Shown: positions 1 to 9,047 of the stretch, piece after piece
Numbering within the stretch: position 1 is the stretch's first letter
How the letters are laid out: each line of letters starts with the position of its first letter
Source of the DNA: Nitrospirota bacterium
GTDB lineage: Bacteria; Nitrospirota; UBA9217
DNA length: 64,000 nt
Assembly (NCBI GenBank): GCA_049793155.1
Contig: JBARBN010000106.1
Coordinates: 16,390-80,389, forward strand
Direction of reading: 5' to 3'
Notes under the pieces: generated by a model
The model's input: only the letters and a program-made list of their open reading frames with translations
The model's database searches: none
What the model was told of the DNA's origin: nothing
Translations under genes and position numbers: made by a program

Positions 1-943
1 CATCACCCTTAGTCAGCTTGATTTCTTTCGCCAGCGCCGCATCGGAGATAAGCTCGTTCCCCTTCACTGCTATCGAGCCGACCCGGAACTGGTCGCCTTC
101 TTTGATCTTGATGCGTATGACGAGTTCGCTCTTCCTGGTAAATGTTTTGGGAGCACCCCAGAAATAGCATTCGCGAAAGGTGTAGGACTCCGGCTCGATG
201 ACCGGATCATCCACTACGACCTGAATGTAGCCTTTGTTGTAATAGAGGTTCCTGATGGTCTCCAGATCGTCCTTGAGCTCCTCCGTCCTCAGCGTGCCGC
301 TGCGGTCGAGGAAGGAAAAGAACCAGCGCTCCTGGTTCTTGAGGGCCGCCTTGATCTCCTTGGATGAAATCGCCTTATTGCCGGTTATGACGACTTCCTG
401 CAATCGAACCTTTTTCCCCTCCTCAATATGAAAGACAACATTCCGGTCGCCGCCCCGAAGCTCGGTGACGACGGGCACAACGACAGCGTCGTAGAACCCT
501 TCATCCTGGTATTTGAGCCGTATTTTCTCGGCGTTATCATTGATCAGCTGCACGTTGTACGCGGTTCGGGGAAGCAGCGTAAGTATTTCTTTCAGTTTTT
601 CCGTTGTCAGTTCATCGTTGCCCTCGAAGGTAATTTCGCGAACGAGCGGTTTTTCCTTGACGAAGAAGATGACCTTGAGCCCGTTTTCAAAACCCTCGGT
701 CCTTACCTGCACGTCCTCAAAATGCCCGAGCTGGTACAGCGCCTTGATGTCTTCCCGGATCAATGCAGGGGAAAAGACATCGCCTTCCCTGGTCTTGATC
801 TTGGCAAGGATCGTTGAGGTCTCTATTCTCTTGTTTCCCTGTACTTCGATCAGGGTCACCTTCGTCTCTGCCGCACTGAAACCGGCAAAAACAAACAGGA
901 ACAGGAACGTCAGCACCCCGATGGCGGTACCGTATTTGTTCAC
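1..943 (-). CDS. bamA: Outer membrane protein assembly factor BamA, N-terminal part (POTRA domains); partial, runs off the window start
   Basis: Reverse-strand translation from GTG at 943 gives VNKYGTAIGVLTFLFLFVFAGFSAAETKVTLIEVQGNKRIET...ITFEGN...KGYIQVVVD, which is a signal peptide plus repeated POTRA-like units. The RBS 'ggaggaag' lies upstream (rc of 953-960). The ORF track does not list it because it is partial. Confidence 0.75.
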   Translation of the reverse strand, partial: MNKYGTAIGVLTFLFLFVFAGFSAAETKVTLIEVQGNKRIETSTILAKIKTREGDVFSPALIREDIKALYQLGHFEDVQVRTEGFENGLKVIFFVKEKPLVREITFEGNDELTTEKLKEILTLLPRTAYNVQLINDNAEKIRLKYQDEGFYDAVVVPVVTELRGGDRNVVFHIEEGKKVRLQEVVITGNKAISSKEIKAALKNQERWFFSFLDRSGTLRTEELKDDLETIRNLYYNKGYIQVVVDDPVIEPESYTFRECYFWGAPKTFTRKSELVIRIKIKEGDQFRVGSIAVKGNELISDAALAKEIKLTKGD

Positions 944-1018
944 TATTATAACTTCCTCCATTCATCGCAATAAGAACGGAACACTATAGCATGGGGCGGG
1001 AAATGTGTAAACAAAAAT

Positions 1019-2149
1019 TTATACGGACAGCCTTGCCAGGGCTTCATTCGACAGGAGAATTCCCCGGTCAGTGAACCTCAGACGCCCTTCCGTCATGCGC
1101 AGAAGTCCCGCATCCCTGAGCGGTGCCGCGTTCTTCTCGAGCCGTCGGAGAAGGTCGGCTCCGTACTCCTGTTCAAATCGAAGAAGGTCCAGTCCCTTCA
1201 TGGTCCGGAGTCCCAGAAAGATCGTTTCTCTCGCTGACGATTCCGGTCCGATGGTCTCCCGGGCATCGACCGCGGAAAGGCCGCTTGACAGCCGCTGCGC
1301 ATATTCCGTCGTATCGGAAATATTAGCATATCGCCGCCCCGAGATGAACGACCATGCCCCCGGACCGAGACCGAGGTATTCTCCCCGGTCCCAGTAGTTC
1401 ATGTTATGCCGGCATTCGTGCCCCGGCAGGGTAAAGTTCGATATCTCGTAACGTTCATAGCCCTCTTTGTTCAGCTTGATGACCGCGCGCTCGTACATTG
1501 CCGCGACGACCTCATCAACAGGCATGGTTAATCTGCCTGCCTCGGCCTCCCACAGGAACTGTGAACCTTCGTCAAGGGAGAGGCTGTAAGTCGATACATG
1601 CTGGGGTCTCAGCGCGATGGCCGCGTCAAGGGTCTCTTCCCAATGGGTCGCGGTTTGTCCCGGTATTCCATAGATAAGGTCAATGCCGATGTTTCTGAAT
1701 CCGGCGATTCTTGCAAGTCTGAACGCATTGGCGGCCTGTTCCCCCGTGTGAAGCCTGCCCAGGGTTTGAAGTATCTCATCCGAGAAGGACTGTACGCCCA
1801 GGCTCAGCCTGTTTACTCCCTGAGCAAGTAAAAACGAGAGCTTCTCGCTGGTGACCGTGTACGGGTTTGCCTCTACCGAAAATTCAACATTGTCTTCGAT
1901 CGCGAAATGTTCCCTGATGACCCTTACGAGCTGCCCGAACTTCGAAGGACTAAGAACGGTCGGGGTGCCTCCTCCAATATAAATGCTGCTGAAGGGCTGC
2001 TGACTGAAATCATTTCGATACATTTCCGCTTCGTGGATTAAGCCGGACAGAAATTCATCAGCTCGGCCGGGAGCATACGATGTTGAATAAAAGCCACAAT
2101 ACCGGCACTTTTTGACACAAAAAGGGACGTGGATATAAAGAGATAACAT
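1019..2149 (-). CDS. hemW: Radical SAM heme chaperone HemW (coproporphyrinogen III oxidase-like)
   Basis: 376 aa. The N-terminus MLSLYIHVPFCVKKCRYCGF carries the CxxxCxxC radical-SAM motif. The protein is similar to HemN/HemW over its full length. Confidence 0.85.
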   Translation of the reverse strand: MLSLYIHVPFCVKKCRYCGFYSTSYAPGRADEFLSGLIHEAEMYRNDFSQQPFSSIYIGGGTPTVLSPSKFGQLVRVIREHFAIEDNVEFSVEANPYTVTSEKLSFLLAQGVNRLSLGVQSFSDEILQTLGRLHTGEQAANAFRLARIAGFRNIGIDLIYGIPGQTATHWEETLDAAIALRPQHVSTYSLSLDEGSQFLWEAEAGRLTMPVDEVVAAMYERAVIKLNKEGYERYEISNFTLPGHECRHNMNYWDRGEYLGLGPGAWSFISGRRYANISDTTEYAQRLSSGLSAVDARETIGPESSARETIFLGLRTMKGLDLLRFEQEYGADLLRRLEKNAAPLRDAGLLRMTEGRLRFTDRGILLSNEALARLSV

Positions 2150-2346
2150 ATTGATCTTTCAGCTAATGACACAGATAAGATAAAAATGGTTGAATTGTTC
2201 AGGCTGAATATGCAACACGAATGCCAGTAGCATAACAGTCTGAAGGCCGGGGGCCGAAGCGAAACCTTTCATCACTTCAGTCGATCAACCCTCAGATCGA
2301 TCCACTTGACAGGTGGTTGCGAAATTTGATTGTCGATCGTTGGATG

Positions 2347-2811
2347 TTACCCGGCATTCCGGGAAACGGTGAAGATCAGCGCAGACTCATCACAGTCGGG
2401 GAACTTGACGCAGTTCAGGCAGTCCGTCCATATCTTATGAGGAAGCTCTTTTTTATCCACCTCGGCAAAACCGAGCTTTCTGAAAAAGCCGGACTGGTAG
2501 GTCAGCACAAACACCCGTTCGACCCTCAGCTCGGCGGCCTCTGCCAGGCATCGCCGCACCAGTTCACCTCCGATACCGCTTTTCACCCGGTCCTGCCTCA
2601 CCGCGAGGGATCGGATCTCGGCAAGGCCGTCCCAGCTCACATGGAGCGCGGCCGCGCCAACGAGAGAACCATTGTCCTCATAGACGTGAAAATCCCGGAG
2701 ATGCTCATAGAGCTCGTTCAGGGTGCGCGGCAGCATCTGTCCCGAATCGGCATAACTATTGACCAGCGATTGGATCGCCTTAACATCCATGAATGTTGCT
2801 TTTCGTATCAT
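2347..2811 (-). CDS. GNAT family N-acetyltransferase
   Basis: About 154 aa with an acetyl-CoA binding-like core (RQDRVKSGIGGELVRRC). The start was placed at the ATG (MIRKATFMDV) rather than the TTG used in the track. Confidence 0.7.
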   Translation of the reverse strand: MIRKATFMDVKAIQSLVNSYADSGQMLPRTLNELYEHLRDFHVYEDNGSLVGAAALHVSWDGLAEIRSLAVRQDRVKSGIGGELVRRCLAEAAELRVERVFVLTYQSGFFRKLGFAEVDKKELPHKIWTDCLNCVKFPDCDESALIFTVSRNAG

Positions 2812-2970
2812 GGACAATAATTACCCTGTTGACGGAATAAAGTCAAACAAAAAAACTTTTTCGCTTGCTTTCAAAGGCCCATATGCCGGTAACGCCGCCA
2901 GCTTATAAACGCGATGAAGCCGGTGGAACGCCGCGCCAGGCAAACCTGGCCTCGACAGGCAAAAGGACTC

Positions 2971-3000
2971 TTGACTTTGGCGTGTTGATTGGAGTATATT
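2971..3000 (+). promoter_or_regulatory. Putative sigma70-type promoter upstream of clpC (TTGACT-N18-TATATT)
   Basis: TTGACT lies at 2971-2976 and TATATT at 2995-3000, about 50 nt upstream of the clpC start. Spacing is 18 nt. Confidence 0.25.
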
Positions 3001-3049
3001 TTATTCAAGTGAACTGAAATCATGCTGCAATGAAGGTGGTTCTTCTAAT

Positions 3050-5491
3050 ATGATGTTCGAAAAATTCACGGAACGGGGAAGAAAAGTTATCGTCTATGCA
3101 CGGGAGGAGGCGGAGCGGCTCCAGAACGATTATCTGGGAACGGAACACGTTCTGCTCGGCACGCTGCGTGAAGAAGACGGGATCCCGGTAGCAGTGCTCC
3201 GCAAGATGGGCATTGATGTCGATCAGATTCGCACGGAGGTGGAACGGAATCTTCCCTCGAGCGGGAACACCCTCACCTTCGGCGACATTCCCTTTACTCC
3301 CCGCGCAAAGAAGGTCCTTGAATATGCAGTCGAGGAAGCGCGGCTTCTTGGACATAACTATATCGGCAGTGAGCACTTGCTCCTCGGGCTGATCCGTGAG
3401 GAGGAAGGCATCGGCGGAAAGATCCTTCGCAGTTTCGGAGTGAATCTGCTGGGCTCCCGCCAACTGGTCATCAACTACCTGCGTCGTGCGGCGACCCAGG
3501 TGAGCGCAAAAAAAAGCCCTACCCCGGCCCTCGACGAGTTCAGCAGGGACCTTACGCAGCTGGCCAGGAGCGGCAAGCTCGATCCGGTCATCGGACGAGA
3601 TCAGGAAATTGAACGCGTCCTTCATATCCTCTCCCGCAGGACCAAGAACAACCCCGTCATTATCGGCGAACCCGGCATCGGCAAGACGGCGATCGTCGAG
3701 GGGCTTGCCCAGCGGATCATCAATTCAGACGTCCCGGAGAACATCCAGAACCGTCGTGTGGTATCGCTCGATCTGGGCGCCTTGATCGCGGGAACCAAAT
3801 ACCGCGGCCAGTTCGAAGAACGGCTCAAGATCGTCATGAAGGAGATCGTGCAGGCCGATAATATCATCCTGTTCATAGACGAGCTGCATACCCTGGTAGG
3901 CGCGGGGGCCGCTGAAGGCTCCATCGATGCTTCGAGCATGCTGAAGCCGGCCCTGGCGCGCGGCGAGGTCCATTGCATCGGAGCCACGACGCTCGATGAG
4001 TACCGAAAACACATCGAAAAGGACGGCGCCCTCAAACGGCGGTTCCAGCCGATCTACGTTCAGCCGCCCAACGTCGATGAGACCATCAACATCATAAAAG
4101 GCCTTCGTTCAAAGTACGAATCACACCACAAGATCAAGATCACCGATGAGGCCGTTGTCGCTTCCGCGCAGCTCTCGGACCGCTACATGACGGACCGTTT
4201 TCTTCCCGATAAAGCCATTGACGTCATCGATGAGGCGGGAGCAAAGGCGAAGCTCAAACGCTACACCTGCCCCACCGAGATGAAGGTCATAGAGAAAAAG
4301 CTCAAAAAACTCGAACAGGAAAAGAACCTTTTCTCGCGGATCAAGGATTATGTGCGGGTGGAGTCCATCCAGGAAGAGGAAGACCGCCTGCGCGAAACGC
4401 TCGAGGGCATTCACAAGGACTGGAAGGACGACCAGGAGAAGAACATCCCCATTGTCGATGAAGAGGACATTGCGCTGATCGTGTCGCATATCACCGGCAT
4501 TCCGCTTTCGCGGCTCGAGGAAAAAGAAGCCTCCCGCCTTCTCAGAATGGAAGAAGAGATCCACAAGAGGATCGTGGGTCAGGATGCGGCGATCGAAGCG
4601 GTATCCCGCGCCATTCGACGTTCACGGGTCGGGCTCAAGACGCGCAAGCAGCCCATCGGCTCGTTCATCTTCCTCGGCCCCACCGGCGTCGGCAAGACGG
4701 AACTCGCCAGGTCGCTCGCCCAGTTCCTGTTCGACACCGAAGACGCGCTCATTCGCGTCGATATGTCCGAATATATGGAAAAGTTCAGTTCATCCCGGCT
4801 CGTCGGCTCGCCTCCCGGGTATGTCGGGTATGATGACGGCGGTCAGTTGACGGAAAAGATCAGGCGCCGTCCCTACTCGGTCGTGCTCTTTGACGAGATA
4901 GAGAAGGCCCACCCGGATATCTTTAACATGCTGCTCCAGGTCCTCGATGACGGCTTTATGACGGACAGCTTCGGCAGGAAAGTGGACTTCCGCAATACCA
5001 TCATCATTATGACATCGAATCTCGGTGCCAGAATGATCGATAAGGATACGACGCTTGGCTTCCAGCAGGCGAGTGCCAGGTCGCAATATGACAAAATGAA
5101 GGACAATGTCACTTCGGAGCTCAAGAGGGCGTTCAACCCCGAGTTTCTGAACAGGATCGACGACGTGGTCGTTTTCCATCCGCTCGCCAATGAACACCTC
5201 ATCAAGATCGTGGATATGCTGGTCCTTGAGCTGAACAACCAGATGGTGCATGACCGGAACATCGAGCTCGAGGTAAGCCAGGAAGTGAAGGAGTGGCTTA
5301 TTCAGGAAAACTTCCAGCCCACCTATGGCGCCAGGCCCATGCGGCGGGCGATCCAGAAGCATCTCGCGGACCCGCTTTCAGAGCACATCCTGAGAGGACG
5401 TTTTAAAGACGTGCACAAGGTGCTCGTGACGCTCAAGGACGGGGCGGTTGATTTTCAGGAAGTGGAGTCCGTTGTGCTTGCCAACGTCTGA
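3050..5491 (+). CDS. clpC: ATP-dependent Clp protease ATP-binding subunit ClpC (Clp_N repeats plus two AAA+ modules)
   Basis: 813 aa with Clp N-domain repeats ([11 protein letters not shown] / [11 protein letters not shown]). Walker A motifs are GEPGIGKT and GPTGVGKT. There is no long ClpB-type middle coiled-coil. Confidence 0.9.
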   Translation: MMFEKFTERGRKVIVYAREEAERLQNDYLGTEHVLLGTLREEDGIPVAVLRKMGIDVDQIRTEVERNLPSSGNTLTFGDIPFTPRAKKVLEYAVEEARLLGHNYIGSEHLLLGLIREEEGIGGKILRSFGVNLLGSRQLVINYLRRAATQVSAKKSPTPALDEFSRDLTQLARSGKLDPVIGRDQEIERVLHILSRRTKNNPVIIGEPGIGKTAIVEGLAQRIINSDVPENIQNRRVVSLDLGALIAGTKYRGQFEERLKIVMKEIVQADNIILFIDELHTLVGAGAAEGSIDASSMLKPALARGEVHCIGATTLDEYRKHIEKDGALKRRFQPIYVQPPNVDETINIIKGLRSKYESHHKIKITDEAVVASAQLSDRYMTDRFLPDKAIDVIDEAGAKAKLKRYTCPTEMKVIEKKLKKLEQEKNLFSRIKDYVRVESIQEEEDRLRETLEGIHKDWKDDQEKNIPIVDEEDIALIVSHITGIPLSRLEEKEASRLLRMEEEIHKRIVGQDAAIEAVSRAIRRSRVGLKTRKQPIGSFIFLGPTGVGKTELARSLAQFLFDTEDALIRVDMSEYMEKFSSSRLVGSPPGYVGYDDGGQLTEKIRRRPYSVVLFDEIEKAHPDIFNMLLQVLDDGFMTDSFGRKVDFRNTIIIMTSNLGARMIDKDTTLGFQQASARSQYDKMKDNVTSELKRAFNPEFLNRIDDVVVFHPLANEHLIKIVDMLVLELNNQMVHDRNIELEVSQEVKEWLIQENFQPTYGARPMRRAIQKHLADPLSEHILRGRFKDVHKVLVTLKDGAVDFQEVESVVLANV

Positions 5492-5644
5492 TCGAAAAAG
5501 ACAGCATCCTCCTTTTTGATGCGGCTTAATGCCCTGGGAAATTCACTTTTCTCAGGGTTTTCTTTGTCCTTCAGCAGCGCGCCACATCAGCGGCAATCTC
5601 CTGTAACGCGCAGAACTCGTTACGATCAACACTCCGACCCGCTT

Positions 5645-7081
5645 TCACGACATAAGTATGCTTCCTTGTGTTCCCTGACTGCGCACCATCTCCTTCAACT
5701 GAAGTATGCGCTCCCTGATCTTGACAAGCTTGCTGAATCCGAGCTCGCCGACATAGGGGGCCATCGCTATCATGATCTTACTTTGGGTCAATTTTTCCTT
5801 GGGGATCCTTTTCAGCACTTCGGTGACGATCTCCTTGATCCTCCTGTCATACAGCATGTCGCCAAGGCCGCGGGCATCCCCTGTTCGTGCCGCTGTCGCG
5901 GCCGCGATCCGTTCGTTCAAGTCCGCCTTGTACTCGGGATCGACCATGCCGGTATATTCATAATAGTCGAGCGCTTTTCGTATCTCCCCGGGGGGCGTAC
6001 TCATCTTCAGGATGTGACCTATGATCGCCCGAGTGTCCTTGTTGAATACAGCCTCGTAGGGGAGGATCCCTTTGTCCAGCTTCTGCCGCCGGTCCATGAC
6101 GATCCCAACCTCGTCAGCCATGAGTCCGAGGTCACTCTCTGTCCTGCCTTTGAGCTCCTCCGGATATTTGACGAGGGCGATCAGAGCGTTATGAAACTCT
6201 TTCATCGAACAGGGAGTTCCATCCTTTGAGGTCCCCCGGAACTTATCCAGCATCTTCCTGAACGCTGCCGGGTCATCATCGCTCCAGTTGACCAGAAAGG
6301 TGAATTCCAGCCGGTTCAGCTCCTCGATCGGCCGGAACCTCTCGCGCGCCGTCAGGAGAACCTCGATCCCGCTTCGCGCGTGCCTGTACCTCATGCCTGG
6401 AAAATCCTCTGCGTCGATCCAGTTATCGGGGTTGTCGACCAGACTGGGAATAAAACCGAGATCGACCAGCGCGTCGATGTTCTGCAGGCCCCGGATCATG
6501 ACCGTCGCTCCGCTCTTCGCCTTTTCCACGGCATCCAGGACGGTCTCGATCCTGCACTCACGGGATATCCTTGCCTCCGCAAGGTTCTTTTCAGAGATGA
6601 GCCTTCTTTCCTCCCGCTGATAGTCATGAGCTACGTTCGCATAGACCTCACGCAGCTTGAGGCGTTCGAACATCAGATTCGAGAGCGGCATTCCTGCAGC
6701 CTCGAGAAGATCGTTCAATGACGGCATATAAGGCGTTATGACGATCACGGACCCGTCGAGCGTTCCCCGTGTCTTCACCACGCTGAAAAGCGACTCGTCG
6801 CCAAACTTCAAGATGTCCCTCTTCCCTTTTGCAAGGATCTGATAGGCGACCGTCCCGTTCTTCTTGTCCACCTGCCCGTTCGTCAGCTCATACACTATCT
6901 GGGAGAACTCTACCGGGGTGCCTCGAATGGGTCCGCATATCCCGGCCCTATCCGTCAGGAGCTGGACAAACGGATTCTGTTTGAAGCCGCCAAGTAACTT
7001 TGTTCGTATTTGTTCGTTCCTGTCCTGGGTCACGCAAGTTCCTCTTCCCGCAGCGCCGGGGGATGGCGGATTAACGTTCAC
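5645..7081 (-). CDS. Hypothetical protein (about 470 aa), co-directional with and immediately downstream of the REC-PilZ gene
   Basis: Long ORF with protein-like composition. I recognise no family. The track start at 7081 is a GTG without an RBS. An alternative GTG (VTQDRNEQ) is preceded by 'ggaagagga'. Confidence 0.6.
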   Translation of the reverse strand: MNVNPPSPGAAGRGTCVTQDRNEQIRTKLLGGFKQNPFVQLLTDRAGICGPIRGTPVEFSQIVYELTNGQVDKKNGTVAYQILAKGKRDILKFGDESLFSVVKTRGTLDGSVIVITPYMPSLNDLLEAAGMPLSNLMFERLKLREVYANVAHDYQREERRLISEKNLAEARISRECRIETVLDAVEKAKSGATVMIRGLQNIDALVDLGFIPSLVDNPDNWIDAEDFPGMRYRHARSGIEVLLTARERFRPIEELNRLEFTFLVNWSDDDPAAFRKMLDKFRGTSKDGTPCSMKEFHNALIALVKYPEELKGRTESDLGLMADEVGIVMDRRQKLDKGILPYEAVFNKDTRAIIGHILKMSTPPGEIRKALDYYEYTGMVDPEYKADLNERIAAATAARTGDARGLGDMLYDRRIKEIVTEVLKRIPKEKLTQSKIMIAMAPYVGELGFSKLVKIRERILQLKEMVRSQGTQGSILMS

Positions 7082-7113
7082 CGCAGACTATTGTCAAACC
7101 GTAAGGCAGTGCA

Positions 7114-7851
7114 CTAAATTTTTTTGCGTTCTTGAAGTTCCCTCATCACGCTCGCTCTGATGAATTCGCGGATTGAGGTCAGATCCGCCTCGTTCACCGT
7201 CGTAAATTTCATGCCCATGCCGGGGAATGCATGAAGCCCTGCTTTCTTCGAACTGAAGAGCACGACCGCAGTCGCCTCGATCTCCCTATCACCGAGGATA
7301 AGCACAAGCGAGACAAGTGCATTTGCCGGTTCCGGGGAGTCTGTCCTCACATAGAGACCGCCTTCGGAAAGGCTGGTCACCTCTTCGATCCTGACTTGGC
7401 TGCCTTCAGCCGGTCCCGCCCCTATCCGGGCCTTGAGCGAGGTATTGATGCGGATATTCTGACGAGGCGTTGCTTCAGAGGCAAATTGGATCGCACGGTA
7501 AAGCGCTTCGAGGTCAACAGGTTTTATGAAATAAGCGGCACAGCCGGCCTCTGTGCAGGCTTCTTTGACCGCTGTGCTTTCGTCTGCCGTATTGATAATT
7601 ACCGGGATGAATCGGAGGCTCGCGCTTTTTTTAATTTGCTTCAGAAGATCGAGACCGCTCATCTCCGGAAGGATGGCATCCGTGATCACGACGGTAGGGG
7701 CGGAACGGGCTATTTTTTCCAGCGCATCTTCGCCGCTGGAAACTGCCTCGACAGTATACCGAAGCTCCCTGAGCAGCGATGCAATGTAGAATATGGACGA
7801 GGGGCTTCGGTCCACGATCAGGATCGTACGTTTTTTCTGTTCCATATGCAC
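7114..7851 (-). CDS. Response-regulator receiver domain fused to a PilZ (c-di-GMP binding) domain
   Basis: The N-terminal REC is ILIVDRSPSS...VITDAILPEMSGLDLL. The C-terminal PilZ motifs are RQNIR (RxxxR) and SLSEGG (D/xSxGG). Confidence 0.75.
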   Translation of the reverse strand: MHMEQKKRTILIVDRSPSSIFYIASLLRELRYTVEAVSSGEDALEKIARSAPTVVITDAILPEMSGLDLLKQIKKSASLRFIPVIINTADESTAVKEACTEAGCAAYFIKPVDLEALYRAIQFASEATPRQNIRINTSLKARIGAGPAEGSQVRIEEVTSLSEGGLYVRTDSPEPANALVSLVLILGDREIEATAVVLFSSKKAGLHAFPGMGMKFTTVNEADLTSIREFIRASVMRELQERKKI

Positions 7852-8029
7852 CTCACGCTTTATGCATCAAAACCGTTAACAACTCCTGCGCATGCGATAA
7901 ACAATACCGGTGTATTCCATGCACCGGGATGAGTCATGTCAAAACGGTATCATACAAAAAGAGGAATGTCAAAAATAAAAGACCCTTTTGCTCATCGTAC
8001 ACTTTACGTTATAATACGCCCACGAGGTC

Positions 8030-8377
8030 ATGATGAATAAAAAACCAGAGGAACCTTTTATGCCCCCTTCGATGTATGATACGACCCGGCAGGAGATCAT
8101 TGCAGCTCTTCTGGAAGGGCCCTGCTCTGCCCGGGAGCTTTCGGCAGCGGCAGGGACGCCGGAGCGCGAGGTGCCTGTTCATCTCGAACATATCAGAAGA
8201 TCGATCACGCCCTCCGGACAGCGCCTGACCGTCATACCTGCGAAATGTAAAAAGTGCGGTTTTGTGTTTTCTAAGCGCGACAAACTTAAGAGGCCGGGGA
8301 AATGCCCGATCTGCAAAGGGGAGTCGATCAGGGAACCCCGGTTCATGATCGATAAAGGCATGGACGTCGGCAGATAA
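8030..8377 (+). CDS. Small winged-helix (ArsR-like) transcriptional regulator with a C-terminal C4 zinc ribbon
   Basis: 115 aa. The HTH-like segment is IIAALLEGPCSARELSAAAG. The Cys pairs are CKKCGF and CPICKG. Confidence 0.6.
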   Translation: MMNKKPEEPFMPPSMYDTTRQEIIAALLEGPCSARELSAAAGTPEREVPVHLEHIRRSITPSGQRLTVIPAKCKKCGFVFSKRDKLKRPGKCPICKGESIREPRFMIDKGMDVGR

Positions 8378-8515
8378 CCAGGGATGCCAAAAATAACCTG
8401 CCCACACAAAGATGTTTTGTGCCAACATCATACTTGACAGGCGCATTATGCAGTGGTAACCTGCTCAGCACAGCATCGACGTGCTGAACTTTTTAATAGG
8501 GGGAGGGAAAAGAAT

Positions 8516-8803
8516 ATGAAGAAGCGTGGGGTTATTCTGGTCCTAGTTGCAATGATCCTGATGGTCGTTGCCGGCGCAGCATTTGCAGCGGAAATGTCCG
8601 GAACCGTATCCGCGATGGATGCCGCGAAAGGAACGCTGACGATCAAGAATGAGAAGGTTGATGTCGGATTCGATTGTGAAGTCGGCTCTCTGATGAAGGA
8701 CGTCAAGGTTGGGGAAATGGTGACCGTCCAGTATAATGAAGTTAATGGGGTGAAGAAGGCTACGAAGATCACCCCGAAGAAAAAGGCTGCTGTCGGCTGT
8801 TGA
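8516..8803 (+). CDS. Small secreted/periplasmic protein with a CusF-like beta-barrel pattern
   Basis: The RBS 'gggggaggg' precedes an ATG at 8516. The signal peptide is MKKRGVILVLVAMILMVVAGAAFA. The mature part reads GTLTIKNEKVDV...VGEMVTVQY. Confidence 0.6.
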   Translation: MKKRGVILVLVAMILMVVAGAAFAAEMSGTVSAMDAAKGTLTIKNEKVDVGFDCEVGSLMKDVKVGEMVTVQYNEVNGVKKATKITPKKKAAVGC

Positions 8804-8810
8804 TGAATTC

Positions 8811-8846
8811 CTGCATGGGGGCAGGCGCATGCCTGCCCCCATGCAG
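8811..8846. terminator. Perfect GC-rich 16-bp inverted repeat hairpin between convergent genes
   Basis: ctgcatgggggcaggc gcat gcctgcccccatgcag, read directly from the sequence. No clear U-tract follows. Confidence 0.5.
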
Positions 8847-9047
8847 CCTGTTAGCGATTCTTCCGCAACCTTTGCCCCTCCCTTGCCCATGTTCCTGACG
8901 CAGTTTATCCCGCTACGACCTAAAAACGTAAGACGTCCCCGATTCGGGCCGGACCGGACATACTGTTGTTCGTTTCCAGGTACGGTCTCTGCACCTCCCC
9001 GCCTCATGGAACCTGTGAGTTAGCGCCTTCAGCGCACCGATCCCTTC

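Noticed and set aside
428-989. Plus-strand ORFs of 129 and 158 aa at the window start
   Set aside because: The opposite strand encodes a continuous BamA POTRA-domain protein with RBS and signal peptide. The plus-strand products are low-complexity.
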